From Mytilus californianus (lineage: Eukaryota): a DNA stretch of 64,000 bases. Positions 1 through 12,600 of the stretch are shown piece after piece (within the stretch, counting starts at the first letter, position 1; the number at the start of each line of letters is the position of its first letter). The stretch is taken from assembly GCF_021869535.1 (NCBI RefSeq), contig NW_026262668.1:127162001-127226000 (forward strand), read 5' to 3'. Below the pieces are notes generated by a model. The model was not told the DNA's origin and ran no database searches. It worked only from the letters and a program-made list of their open reading frames with translations. The position numbers were made by a program, and so were the translations under genes.

Positions 1-507
1 CTGAGAATTTGCAATAACTTATCAATTATAGTTGACCACTATAGTCTAGCTGTAATGCTATTTTGGTGACTGTTGTCAATATAAGTTTATTTCCTGGCAG
101 ACTAATCATCTATTTTACTTTTACTCTCAGTTGTTAAGCAGTATCATCCTTTAGGATATTCACCATGGGCTGACATTAAGGATGTTTGCTACTCTTGTTT
201 TTGACTTTTTTGTCAGATATTCGGAATCCTCTAGTTTTATCCATGTATTGCCAATAAAAAAAATTCCCGCTAACCCCTACTTTTCTGTTCATAATTTTAA
301 TACATGTAGTTTGACAAGCCATTAATGAAAATCTTATAAAATCCTTGTTATTTTTTCATAGTTTTTGAAAGAAAAAAGGTGCCAATGTTAAATGTATGAA
401 AAATCTAGAGAGAATCTTGTTATTTTTAAACAGAGGAGCGAACATCCTTAAAGTTAATAATCCTTGTAATTTTGTAGTTATCTAAGAAATTTGCTATTGT
501 TTTCCAG

Positions 508-603
508 GTATAACAAGGAGAACTATTTATGAATACCACAGAGTAGAAGTGAACTTGACACTAATTGAGGAAAATACAGTTGTTCTACTAGAGCCATTAC
601 TAA
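508..603 (+). CDS. Gene A exon: GITRRTIYEYHRVEVNLTLIEENTVVLLEPLL(T), end of the NIDO-like region
   Basis: ttccag|gt...a|gtaagt; 96 nt, phase 1-1; same length as gene B exon 57503-57598. Confidence 0.88.
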
Positions 604-3600
604 GTAAGTATAAAAGAATTTATTGTGGTACAATTTAGATAAAGTATTTTGTTGTGACAGATAGTTGAAAAAGGATCCATTTTTAGCTCACCTGACCCGA
701 AGGGTCAAGTGAGCTTTTCTCATCACTTGGCGTCCGTCGTCGTCGTCCGTCGTCGTTAGCTTTTTACAAAAATCTTCTCCTCTGAAACCACTGGGCCAAA
801 TTTAACCAAACATGGCCACAATCATCATTAGGGTATCTAGTTTAAAAAATGTGTCCGATGACCCCACCAACCAACCAAGATGGCCGCCATGGCTAAAAAT
901 AGAACATAGGGGTAAAATGTAGATTTTGGCTTATATCTCTGAAACCAAAGCATTTAGAGTAAATCTGACATGGGTAAAACTGATTATCAGATCAAGATCT
1001 ATCTGCCCTGAAATTTTCAGACAAATCTGACAACCTGTTGTTGGGTTGCTGCCCCTGAATTGGTAATTTTAAGGAAATTTTGCAGTTTTTGGTTATTATC
1101 TTGAATATTATTATAGATAGAGATAAACTGTAAACAGCAATAATGTTCAGCAAAGTAAGATCTACAAATAAGTTGTTATGACCAAAATTGTCAGTCGACC
1201 CCTTTAGGAGTTATTGCCCTTAATAGTCAATTTTTAACAATTTTTCGTAAATTTTTGTAATCTTTTACAAAAATCTCCTTCTCTGAAACTACTGAGACAA
1301 ATTTAACCATACTTGGCCATAATCATTATTAAGGTATCTAGTTTAAAAAATTTGTCCGATGAACCCGCCTTCCAACCATCATGGCCAACTTAATTAAAGA
1401 TAGAACATAGGGGTAAAATGCAGTTTTTGGTTTATATCTCTGAAACTAAAGCATTTAGAGCAAATCTGACAGGTGGCAAAACTGTTCATCAGATTTAGAT
1501 TTATCTGCCCTGAAATTTTCAGACAAATCTGACGACCCGTTGTTGGGTTGCTGCCCCTGAGTTAGTAATTTTACAAAAATTTTGCAGTTTTTATACGACC
1601 GCAAAAATTAAAAATTTTTTGGTCGTATATTGGTATGACGTTGGCGTCGTCGTCGTCGTCGTCGTCGTCGTCTGGCGTCGTCCGGCGTCGTCCGAAGACA
1701 CATTGGTTTTCGCACTCTAACTTTAGTTTAAGTGAATGGATCTCCATGAAATTTTACCATAAGGTTCTATACCACGAAAGGGAGGTTGGGATTGATTTTG
1801 GGGGTTATGGTACCAACAGTTAAAGAATTAGGGGCCAAAAAGGGGCCAAAAATAAGCATTTTTGTAACTTCCAGACAATAACTTGTGTGTAAGTGTATGG
1901 ATCTCTCTGACATTGTACCACAAGGTTCCATATCACAAAGGGAAGGCTGTTATTGATTTTGGGGGTAATTGCCTCAAAATTTTAGGAATTAGGGGCCACA
2001 AAAGGGGCAAAAAACAAGCATTTTTCTAGTTTCCAGACAATAACTTGTGTTCAAGTGTATGGATCTCTCTGAAATTGTACTGCAAGGTACCATACCACAA
2101 AGGGAAGGCTGGGATTGAGTTTGGGGGTGATGAATCATAAGGGGGTTAAAAAAAATTTTGGGGGGGGGGGATTTTTTTTTTTTTTCTTTTTTTTTCTTTT
2201 TTTCCTTTTTTTTTCTTTTAAAATTTTCCATTTTAAGTTGGTTATTTCTGATTTATATTTAAAAGCAAATAATAATGAAATGGTAGGAGATGCACACCAA
2301 ACAGAATGTGTAAATTATTATATAATAAGTATTGTGCAATAGCAAGAAATTTTCAATTGCACAGTATTGCACAATAGCAAGAAATGTTCAATTGCACAGT
2401 ATTGCACAATAGCAAGAAATCTCCAATTGCACAGTATTGCGCAATAGCAAGAAATATCCAATAACACAATATTGCACAATAGCAAGAAATTGTCAATTGT
2501 ACAGTATTGCGCAATAGCAAGAAATATTCAATTGCACAGTATTGTGCAAAAGAAGATACTTCGTATAAATTGCTTATTTCTTGATCAATTTCAATAGGGT
2601 TTTATTCTTGAATTCTTGGGGTTCTTTAATATGCTGAATCTAACCGTGTATTAAGTTTTTGGATTTTGGGCCCCGTTTTTAAATTGGTCCACATTGAGGT
2701 CCAAAGGGTCCAAAATTTAACTTTGTTTGATTTCATCAGAAATTGAATTATTGGGGTTCTTTGATATGCCGAATCTAACCGTGTATTTAGATTCTTAATT
2801 TTTGGTTCCGTTTTCAAATTGGTCTACATTAAGGTCCAAAGGGTCCAAAATTAAACTTTGTTTGATTTTAACAAAAATTGAATTCTTAGGGTTCTCTGAT
2901 ATGCTGAATCTAAACATGTATTTAGATTTTTGATTATGGGCCCAGTTTTCAAGTTGGTCCAAATCGGGGTCCAAAATTAAACTTTGTTTGATTTCAACAA
3001 AAATTGAATATATGGGGTTCTTTGATATGCTGAATCTAACCATGTATTTAGATTTTTGATTATGGGCTCAGTTTTCAAGTTGGTCCAAATCGGGGTCCAA
3101 AATTAAACTGTGTTTGATTTCAATAAAAATTGAATATATGGGGTTCTTTGATATGCTGAATCTAACCATGTATTTAGATATTGATTTTTGGGCCCTGTTA
3201 TCAACTTTGTCCACATTGAGGTCAAAAGGGTCCAAAATAAAACTTTGTTTGATTTCAACAAAAATTGAATATATGGGGTTCTTTGATATGCTGAATCTAA
3301 CCATGTATTTAGATTTTTGATTATGGGCCCAGTTTTCAAGTTGGTCCAAATCGGGGTCCAAAATTAAACTTTGTTTGATTTCAACAAAAATTGAATATAT
3401 GGGGTTCTTTGATATGCTGAATCTAACCATGTATTTAGATTTTTGATTATGGGCCCAGTTTTCAAGTTGGTCCAAATCGGGGTCCAAAATTAAACTTTGT
3501 TTGATTTCAACAAAAATTGAATATATGGGGTTCTTTGATATGCTGAATCTAACCATGTATTTAGATTTTTGATTATGGGCCCAGTTTTCAAGTTGGTCCA

Positions 3601-6600
3601 AATCGGGGTCCAAAATTAAACTTTGTTTGATTTCACATAATTGAATTATTGGGGTTCTTTGATATGCCGAATCTAACCGTGTATTTAGATTCTTAATTTT
3701 TGGTTCCGTTTTCAAATTGGTCTACATTAAGGTCCAAAGGGTCCAAAATTAAACTTTGTTTGATTTTAACAAAAATTGAATTCTTAGTGTTCTTTGAATG
3801 CTGAATCTAAACATGTATTTAGATTTTTGATTATGGGCCCAGTTTTCAAGTTGGTCCAAATCGGGGTCCAAAATTAAACTTTGTTTGATTTCAACAAAAA
3901 TTGAATATATGGGGTTCTTTGATATGCTGAATCTAACCATGTATTTAGATTTTTGATTTTTGGACCCTGTTATCAACTTTGTCCACATTGAGGTCAAAAG
4001 GGTCCAAAATTAAACTTTGTTTGATTTCATCAAAAATTTAATTCTTGGGGGTTCATTAATATGCTGAATCTAACCATGTATTTAGATTTTGTATATTGGA
4101 CCATAATAGGTGAATGTCCAATTTAAAATTTTTAAGTTCTTAGACCACATTCATTCTGTGTCAGAAACCTATGCTGTGTCAAATATTTAATCACAATCCA
4201 AATTCAGAGCTGTATCAAGCTTGAATGTTGTGTCCATACTTGCCCCAACTGTTCAGGGTTCAACCTCTGCGGTCGTATCAAGCTGCGCCCTGCGGAGCAT
4301 TTTATTTGTTATTTGTTATTATCTTAGATATCATTATAATATCTAATATCTAATACTATTAATTATGATTTTAACCTTATTTTACATGATTTCCAAAGCA
4401 TCAGTAAATACAGGTGAGCGACACAGGCTCTTGAGAGCCTCTAGTTATGTCTTAATTCTAAAAATAATACTTCCAATTCAGTTCATATTATCTTACAAAA
4501 ATATATCATTATTATTGGTAAAATATTGTGCGTTACTTCACTTCTCATCACAACTCTTCTGCTGTATAGAAAAAACACATCACAAATCAGGAATAGTATA
4601 ATTCAAAATTCCATATACAAACACCATACAAGGATGAGTTAGTGGAACTTATTATATTGGTTGCGATATAATACTATGGTTTCCAAGTAAAAAAAAACAA
4701 CATATTTCTCATATTAGATAAATCCTGTATAATATTTATGTCAATATGTCAACAAATTTGCATTCAGCGAGGTGAAATTACATAGAAAAACTTTAATTTA
4801 CTTGCATATTCTACTTTATTCGTATTAAAAGTCAAAATACATGTAATATTACTGTAACCTGACTGTTAGTGTTGCTCTCCACCTATTGCAGTTTATTCAA
4901 AATTCTGACCAAATTGCAATTTATTTTATCATACCAAACTGTTCAACTGGTCACAAATTTTAACAAACTGCTGAAGAAAAACACAGTCAAGTGGTGAAAG
5001 TGCTAAGTGATAAAATAAAGCATACTTACAATCCTATAAGACTTTAAATCCACTTCAATGTTATTATGAAAAATCTGTCTAACAATTTCTATACAGATTT
5101 TATTGTAATTGTCATGCTAAAGGTGATAGGTAGTAATTTTTGAATTGCTAAAATTATGTCCAAATTTAAGTTTTTGAAATATTTCTAATAAAATGGTGTT
5201 TTTCTATGAATGCTACAAAGCTTTCTTTGAATTAATCTCTAAATACTTGGTTTAATGTATTTGAAGCTTGAATATATTCTCTTGAAGTTTTAAAGGGAGA
5301 TAAGATCAATATTTTAAAAGATCCATGCTTTTTAAATTATCTCCCATGGAAACTTATTAAAAATGTATTGTAATTTCACATATATTTTACTGAAAATAAG
5401 ATGTTTTAATTCAAATGATGTCTGAACCTTATGAATATAGAAGACTTTTCGAAAGAAAAATTGTATGAAAGTTAGTTTGGACATTTTTATTGCAATTCAA
5501 AAATTACTGCCTATCACCTTTAGCATGACAATTACAATACAATTTGTATAGAAATTGTTAGACAGATTTTTCATAATATCAAAGAAGTGGAATTAAAGTC
5601 TTATAGAAATTAAAGATAAAAAAAAAAGTCTTATAGGATTGTAAGTATGTGTTATTTTATCACCTAGCACTTTCACCACTTGACTCTGTTTTTCTACAGC
5701 AGTTTGTTAAAATTTGTGACCAGTTGAACAGTTTGGTATGTTAAAATACATTGCAATTTGCTCAGAATTTTATATAAACTGCAATAGGTGGAGAGCAACA
5801 CCTATAGTCAAGTCACAGTAATAAAAAAAGAATATCTAGTTTAAGAGATCAAATATCAAAAATAAATTTCTACTCATGACCAAATGATACTCATAATTCA
5901 CTCATGGGCTATTCCAAATTATGAATATATGTGTTCTTCAGTTAGTAATAGAAATTTGTTTTTGTCATTTGAATTTTTGGATTTGTATCAGGTCTTGGCA
6001 TTTAAAAAGAAATGGCTAATTAATATGCATCACTGAATATAAAGCAACCTGCATGTGGTACTGTTAATCTTTTTTTTCTGCTTTTAAGCATGTAACATAG
6101 CAAATGATTGTGAAACCTGTATACAACAGAATTCTAATTTTGAATGTAAATGGTGCGCTGCTATTAGTCGATGTTCTGATGGTATAGATTGGCACAGACA
6201 GGAATGGATGAAAGCTGGATGTACATCTTTAGTAAGTATCACATATTCTCAGCCATTACATTATTGCAAGTTGTATATTTTTTTTCTTCAAAGAACAGAA
6301 ATGAATACTTATTTAACTTATTATGCTTAATTAACTATTATCATTCTAACAGATGATTAGATTCATATGTTGACTACAGCCTAGAAAGGTTATTCAATGA
6401 GTTGATCTATAGTTTTAATTTCCATGACATATTTTTAGTAATTCTGCATGTGATAAATGAGGAGCATGTGGTCAGGGAATTTAGCCTCTTTGAAAAGTGA
6501 TTTCATTGTTGGGTGAAGGCAGCAGCTCACATTTTCTAGAAAGAAATTTCAGTTATGCTGTGATCTTACAGTGCATATAAGGATAAGCAATGTTCATTTA

Positions 6601-9600
6601 ATATGGTCACTATTTACAAAATGTTTTTTGATAAGGAAAACATCTTATCATGTCAGAAACAAGTTGATGAAAATTTTTCCTTATTAAAAAATAATCTTTT
6701 TGTAATTAGATGACTGTTTTCTGCTGTATTGACTATTAATATAAATTGCTGTCTTCACTAATAGTCACGCTTTCAATTAAGCTGCATTAAGAATGTTTAA
6801 AGTTTTGTTGATACAGTGAAGTTTGTTTCAAAGAACTGAATCACTACTAGATGAAATATTTTAAGAAATGCTGAACAAATACTGAAATTTAGCCAGAAAA
6901 ACTCTTTTAACTTCATTTCAAGTAAAGATTTTTTTTTACAATTTAAATATTTGATCTTTTACAGTTAGTTTTAGCTTTAACAATTTTACAGTTCCTTCTT
7001 AGAAATCATCTGACTTAAGTTTGTTCATTTTTGTCTTCCTAGGAAATTGAAATACTGCAACTGTGAATTTTTCTATCTTGAAGGGAGATAACTCTTGGCA
7101 CAGAGTTTTTAAAATTAATTAGTATAACCCTGTGTTTTATCAGCTATGAAAAGATGATGCAAAATACTTCAAAAAATCTGATTCAGAAGTTTTAAATTTA
7201 GGGAATTTATTTTAGATCAAAGACAAATGCCCTCATTTATAATTTAAGAATAAGGGTAATTTCTACCTTCTTACACACAATGAAAAAGACAACTAGACCT
7301 AAAGTTAATACATTTATTAATTAAGCACTACCGTATGTATTTTATATACACATTACAAGAAATTTCAACCAGACTATAATCCCACTAAATTTTTTTTTTT
7401 TTTCTTTGTAAAATAGGATAGGTTTTAATGTTGATGACCAGTTGGTAAAAACAAATATTTTCTAAAGAATGCTTGGTTATGAAGGTTTTGTTTGTAGAAG
7501 GCAGAACTCATGCTTAGCCATCTTATGTTATATAAAGTGTGCCATTCCATTGGAGGAACACTCAAAATTTAGTAAATTTACAATTGATAAATAGTTTTGT
7601 ACAGTTAAGTATAATAATTAATGAGTGAACCTGTTCTTTGAAACTCACTTCATATGTGTGGTAGTAGATTAACATCTTCCTTAACATATTTTATGTTCTT
7701 TATATATGTTGTGACATCGTTGATTTTCTTTAGGCACATGACACTGTCAGTCGCTGTAATGAAATATATACTACTACCACAAAGAAACCTACTGTTACAA
7801 CCTGTGACCCAATGGTAAAATTGTAGCGAGCTAGGCATTTTTCAGACCTAGCTGTGTGTATAACTCTCTGTCTCTCACTGCTGACCTTTGTTTTATAGCT
7901 AATCTTAAGTTAATTTTATGCACTACTGGAAGTCTCCATCTGACTCAAAGAGTCCCAATAGTATTCTGATAATAGCAAGTGCTTGTCTTCATGATTTTTC
8001 TTTTTTTGGCTGCTTCTATGCAATGACAAGTACATGTGTTCTCTCTTTCTCTAGTATTATGTATTTAAGTCTCTACAGAAATCATCTAAAGTAAAGACAA
8101 ACTTATTTTAATTGATTGATTGGTGTTTAATGCCACTTTCAGCACTATTGTGCTATTTCGTGGTGGTCAGTTTGTAATGGTGGAGGATGCCGGAGTGCCC
8201 AGGGAGATGCACTGATCTTAGGTAGGAAAGCTGACACAATCCTAGTCAATTTTATTAAGATTAGAGTCTAACTCACCTGCCTATTTGTATATTAGTATGT
8301 TGTTTCAACATATAGTAAACATGGATGTTAAAAAAGTGTAGTTATACATATTGATTTATTTTTGATTTGCATAGCATTTGTCAATGACAAAACAAGCTAT
8401 ATTTTTTTGTAACTTATTGGATGGCAAGAAGGAAAGACCTCTTAAGAGAAGTTAATATACTTAGGTTTGTTTGACATGACGCTTTGGATTATATGTCCAT
8501 CCTCTTTACCCAGAACTGATTAGTTAATCCATCCTAACAGAAGCTTAAGCAGCCAGGCCTTACTATACCTCAGCTACCATTGGAGTTTTAAATTATTAGT
8601 ATATAAACTACAATCTGTTAATATACAGATCATGTGTGCATGCATGCTTACAAGGATCTGACAACACTCATTCTACTTTCTGTTCTGGTAGTTATTATAT
8701 CAGCCAATGAAATTTCTGCCTTCAATTTGTTGATGGTGTGTATCATTTTGAAAAAAACAGAGGATCTTGAAAGGTCTTTTAAACAGAAAGTAGAACAGAG
8801 CTTTGTCAGATCCTTGTAAGCGAAGTATGAACACAGGATCTATATTTCAATCAGATTGTTAATGCTACAAAGTGTGTATGCATTTTTCTTTTGGTTTAAA
8901 TTTATTTTTTTCTACATTGCACCCTATAATCTAGCAAAATCTGAGCAAATGTTACTATCTTGTATAAAAATATAAATAAATATGTTGTTTCTTCAAGCAA
9001 TGTATTGATGTAGTTGAATAGCTTGATATTACAATGTATATTAAAAAAATTCTTATTCAAACGGACAAAAATATGGACCAAGTTAGTTCTACTCAGATTT
9101 TGCTATGTTTAATGCATGGATTTAGTATAGTATATTTACTGCATGTTATTTAGGCTAGTGAAAAATGTGCCAAGTCTCCTCCTACAACACTATCTACAAG
9201 GACTACAAACAAGTCAACTATTACAATAACTTCAACAACTACTGTTGCAACAACACTGACTACTGTTTCAACAAAACCAACTTCTACTTCACTGAAACAT
9301 TCACCATTACCAAGAACTACTAGCTCTGTGGCATCTTCTGAGCAAGTTGCTGCAATTTGTGACAGTTCATCGGTATTTTAATTGCAATGAGGATGTCATT
9401 GATGCCCCATTTCGGCACCAGTTTTTATTAAAGGTCGCATTTCCTTTTTATCGTTATTTTTGCATGCATTATTTGTAAAGGAGTGGTTTTTTATGCCTTT
9501 TCTATAATAGTGGAGGGACGTTATTTTGTCTATCCATTTATCCCATACCAGGTTAAAGTTTTTGGTTAAGGGAGTTTACCATGAAGTTTGTGGTCACCTC

Positions 9601-12600
9601 AATCTGAAAGTTAGGATACATGAACATCGTGGTGTAACCATTTATACTATATACCAAATTAGAGTTTTGATCCCGATTTTATGTTTCACTGAACATAGAA
9701 ATGTGATAGCGTGAAATTAGTACATTCTTATGTTAAAGTTTTTGGTTACAGTAATTTACCATGACATTTTGGTCACATCAGCTTGAAAATTAGTACACAT
9801 GTTCATTGTGAGTTGAACTTTGTAGATTGTATCTCAAATTACGTTTGACCTGGATTACTCAGCTCACTGAACATGGACATAGGATATGCCGGTTCTTGTT
9901 TTTCATCAGGTGTTTCCTTTTTAAGTTTTGCATGTCATTTGCTATAAGTTTTAAAGTCTTTATATTTACTTGCAGTTTAGTGTAATAACGATATAGACAT
10001 TTATGTTCTCAAATCATTTATATTCTTGATTTTAAAGACTTTGTTTCTAGAATGATTGATGGATGTTTTTAATTTGCATACTGGCTTATATAAAACAATA
10101 TAAAAAGGCTATTTCAGTAAGAAATTAAATTTGCAAAAGCTGTGGAGCCAATATGGTAAATCAATGGCAACCCTTTGAATTCAGTTAAATTTGAATTTCC
10201 TTAGCGGGAGAGGGAACTTTTTTACATTAAATTTTGTATTTATATTATTCATTTGTTTATTTGGGTGCACATATGTAGAATATAAGCCACAAGTTTTTGA
10301 ATTTAAGGCCTATGGTAAAAAGGAAATAGCCATAATTTTGTGGGAGTGGAAATTTAATCAATTACTCATGTTTTTTACCAAAAGCATCTTAGTGTATAAT
10401 ATTCCCCTTGTAATATATATTGCATGTTTACTATTATAGTATTTTGAATCAACTGAAAATGGACAAGCATCTTTTTATTATCAATGGTAAAACATTGAAG
10501 ATTGTATATATTTGATTTAGAAATATTCTATATCACAGAAAATGACGCCTTTTGTAAAATTTACGAAACTTCATGTAAAGTATACAATATACCTAGCCAT
10601 GTACATTTTATCTGCCAGTACATTAAAAAAATTAGGCTGCAGATGGGGTATTTGTGTCATAACAATACATCTTGTTTCATATTAAGTAGTTCAAGAATAT
10701 CTTAAAAATTGTTTGAATCAATTAATGATATAATTGCCTCCTTTGACACCCTTATGTTTCAAAAGTTTGGAGCACTCATATTTTGTAAATATGTCATAGC
10801 TATCAATATGTAGATACCAGTTGTTGGGTGGTTGTCTCTTTGAATTGAAGCCCACAGTTTCTCTTTATCATACCAGTAATTGATCCTAAAATGCAGTATG
10901 ATTTGAGTGTGGTTTTAACTAGCACTTATTAAACTATAATATATATTACTTTTTGTGTTCTTCTGGTATTGGAGGTCCTTAAATCATAGTTTATTAATAT
11001 ATTATTTTTTAGAATATTTAGATTGTTATCTTTCATTCAATACTTTAGTACTTTAAACTATAACTGGTAATAAAAAATTAACAAGAGAAAATGAAAAGTA
11101 AAAAAAGTTAAATATATAGTATGTAAAATTTATTTACTGTCCTTATTTTTTTTTCTACATATTCTGTAGAAAACACAAGAATAAAAGTGATGAAATTGTT
11201 TGGTTTTTGTTCTACACTACAAGCTGAGAAACATCTGTATACTAATGTGACTTTGTGATACAATAACGTACTATTAGTTATCTTAATAAAGAAACTTCAA
11301 TGTCTACAAACTTTTGTTTTCAGATCAGCAGTGGAAAGGGAAGTTGTAATGAAATGAAGAAAGAAAAAAGTAAGTATTTCATTAATCAGATATGTCATCA
11401 TTCATGACGTTGTTGTGTCACAGTACTCTCCTAACACAGTATAATTAGTGAGCAATAGTTTATAGTGTATTGTTGATGCATCATTCATGTCATTGTTGTT
11501 GTGTCACAGTACTCTACTAACAGAGTATAATTAGTGAGCAATAGTGTATAGTTGATGCATCATTCATGTCATTGTTGTTGTGTCACAGTTCTCTACTAAC
11601 AGAGTATAATTAGTGAGCAATAGTTTATAGTGTATAGTTGATGCATCATTCATGACATTGTTGTTGTGTCACAGTACTCTACTAACAGAGTATAATTAGT
11701 GAGCAATAGCTTAAATTTGGTGACTATGTTGAACAAATCTATCCCATCGAACTAGAGATAAAGGATACTACAGATACAGTTAAGTCTGCCTCATATCTTG
11801 ACTTACATCTAGAAATTGACAATGAGGGTCAGTTGAAAACAAAACTTTACGACAAAAGAGATGATTTCAGCTTCCCAATTGTGAACTTTCCATTTCTATG
11901 TAGCAACATTCCAGCAGCGCCTGCATACAGAGTATATATCACCCAATTGATACGATATTCCCGGGCTTGTGTTTCCTATCATGATTTCCTTGATAGAGGA
12001 TTGCTGCTCACAAGGAAGCTATTAAGCCAAGAGTTCCAAATGGTGAAGTTGAAATCATCCCTTCGTAAATTTTACGGACGCCATTACGAGTTGGTTGACT
12101 GTTATGGAATAACCGTTTCACAGATGATATCGGATATGTTCCTTATGTCGTAACTACAATACTTTTCCCTTTTCACAAATGTGACTTACCGAATTAGACT
12201 ATTTACCGGATTTGTAATAACATAAGCAACACGACGGGTGCCACATGTGGAGCAGGATCTGCTTACCCTTCCAGAGCACCTGAGATCACCCCCAGTTTTT
12301 GGTGGGGTTCCTGTTGCTTAGTCTTTAGTTTTCTATGTTGTGTCATCTGTACTATTATTTGTCTGTTTGTCTTTTTATTTTTGGCCATGGCGTTGTCAGT
12401 TTTTTTTTTATCTATGAGCTTGACTGTCCCTCTGGTATCTTTCGTCCCTCTTTTATAGTGTATACTTGATGCATCATTCATGACATTGCTGTTGAGTCAC
12501 AGTACTCTACTAACAGAGTATAGTTAGTGAGCAATAGCTTATAGTGTTTTGTTGATGCATCATTCTACTCTACTAACACAGTATAATTAGTGAGCAATAG

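Larger units (their letters stand above)
1590..4304 (+). mobile_element. HINE-like element family A (copy 1) with internal 161-, 35- and 126/135-bp tandem arrays
   Basis: 5' stem-loop atacgaccgc...ggtcgtat, (cgt)n, 3' subterminal gcggtcgtat plus gctgcgccctgcggagc hairpin and atttt; inserted in a T run of family B. Confidence 0.7.
680..4446 (+). mobile_element. HINE-like (Helentron-associated) non-autonomous element, family B, hosting a family A copy
   Basis: 5' ttttagctcacc, (cgt)n microsatellite, ~500-bp duplicated core, 3' ggtgagcg followed by hairpin AGGCTC-TTGA-GAGCCT (4425-4440). Confidence 0.65.

Noticed and set aside
2626-3997. Repetitive ORFs (MVRFSISKNPIYSIFVEIK...) here and at 24477-24840 and 30150-31197
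   Set aside because: They are translations of the 126- and 161-bp tandem cores of non-autonomous elements.
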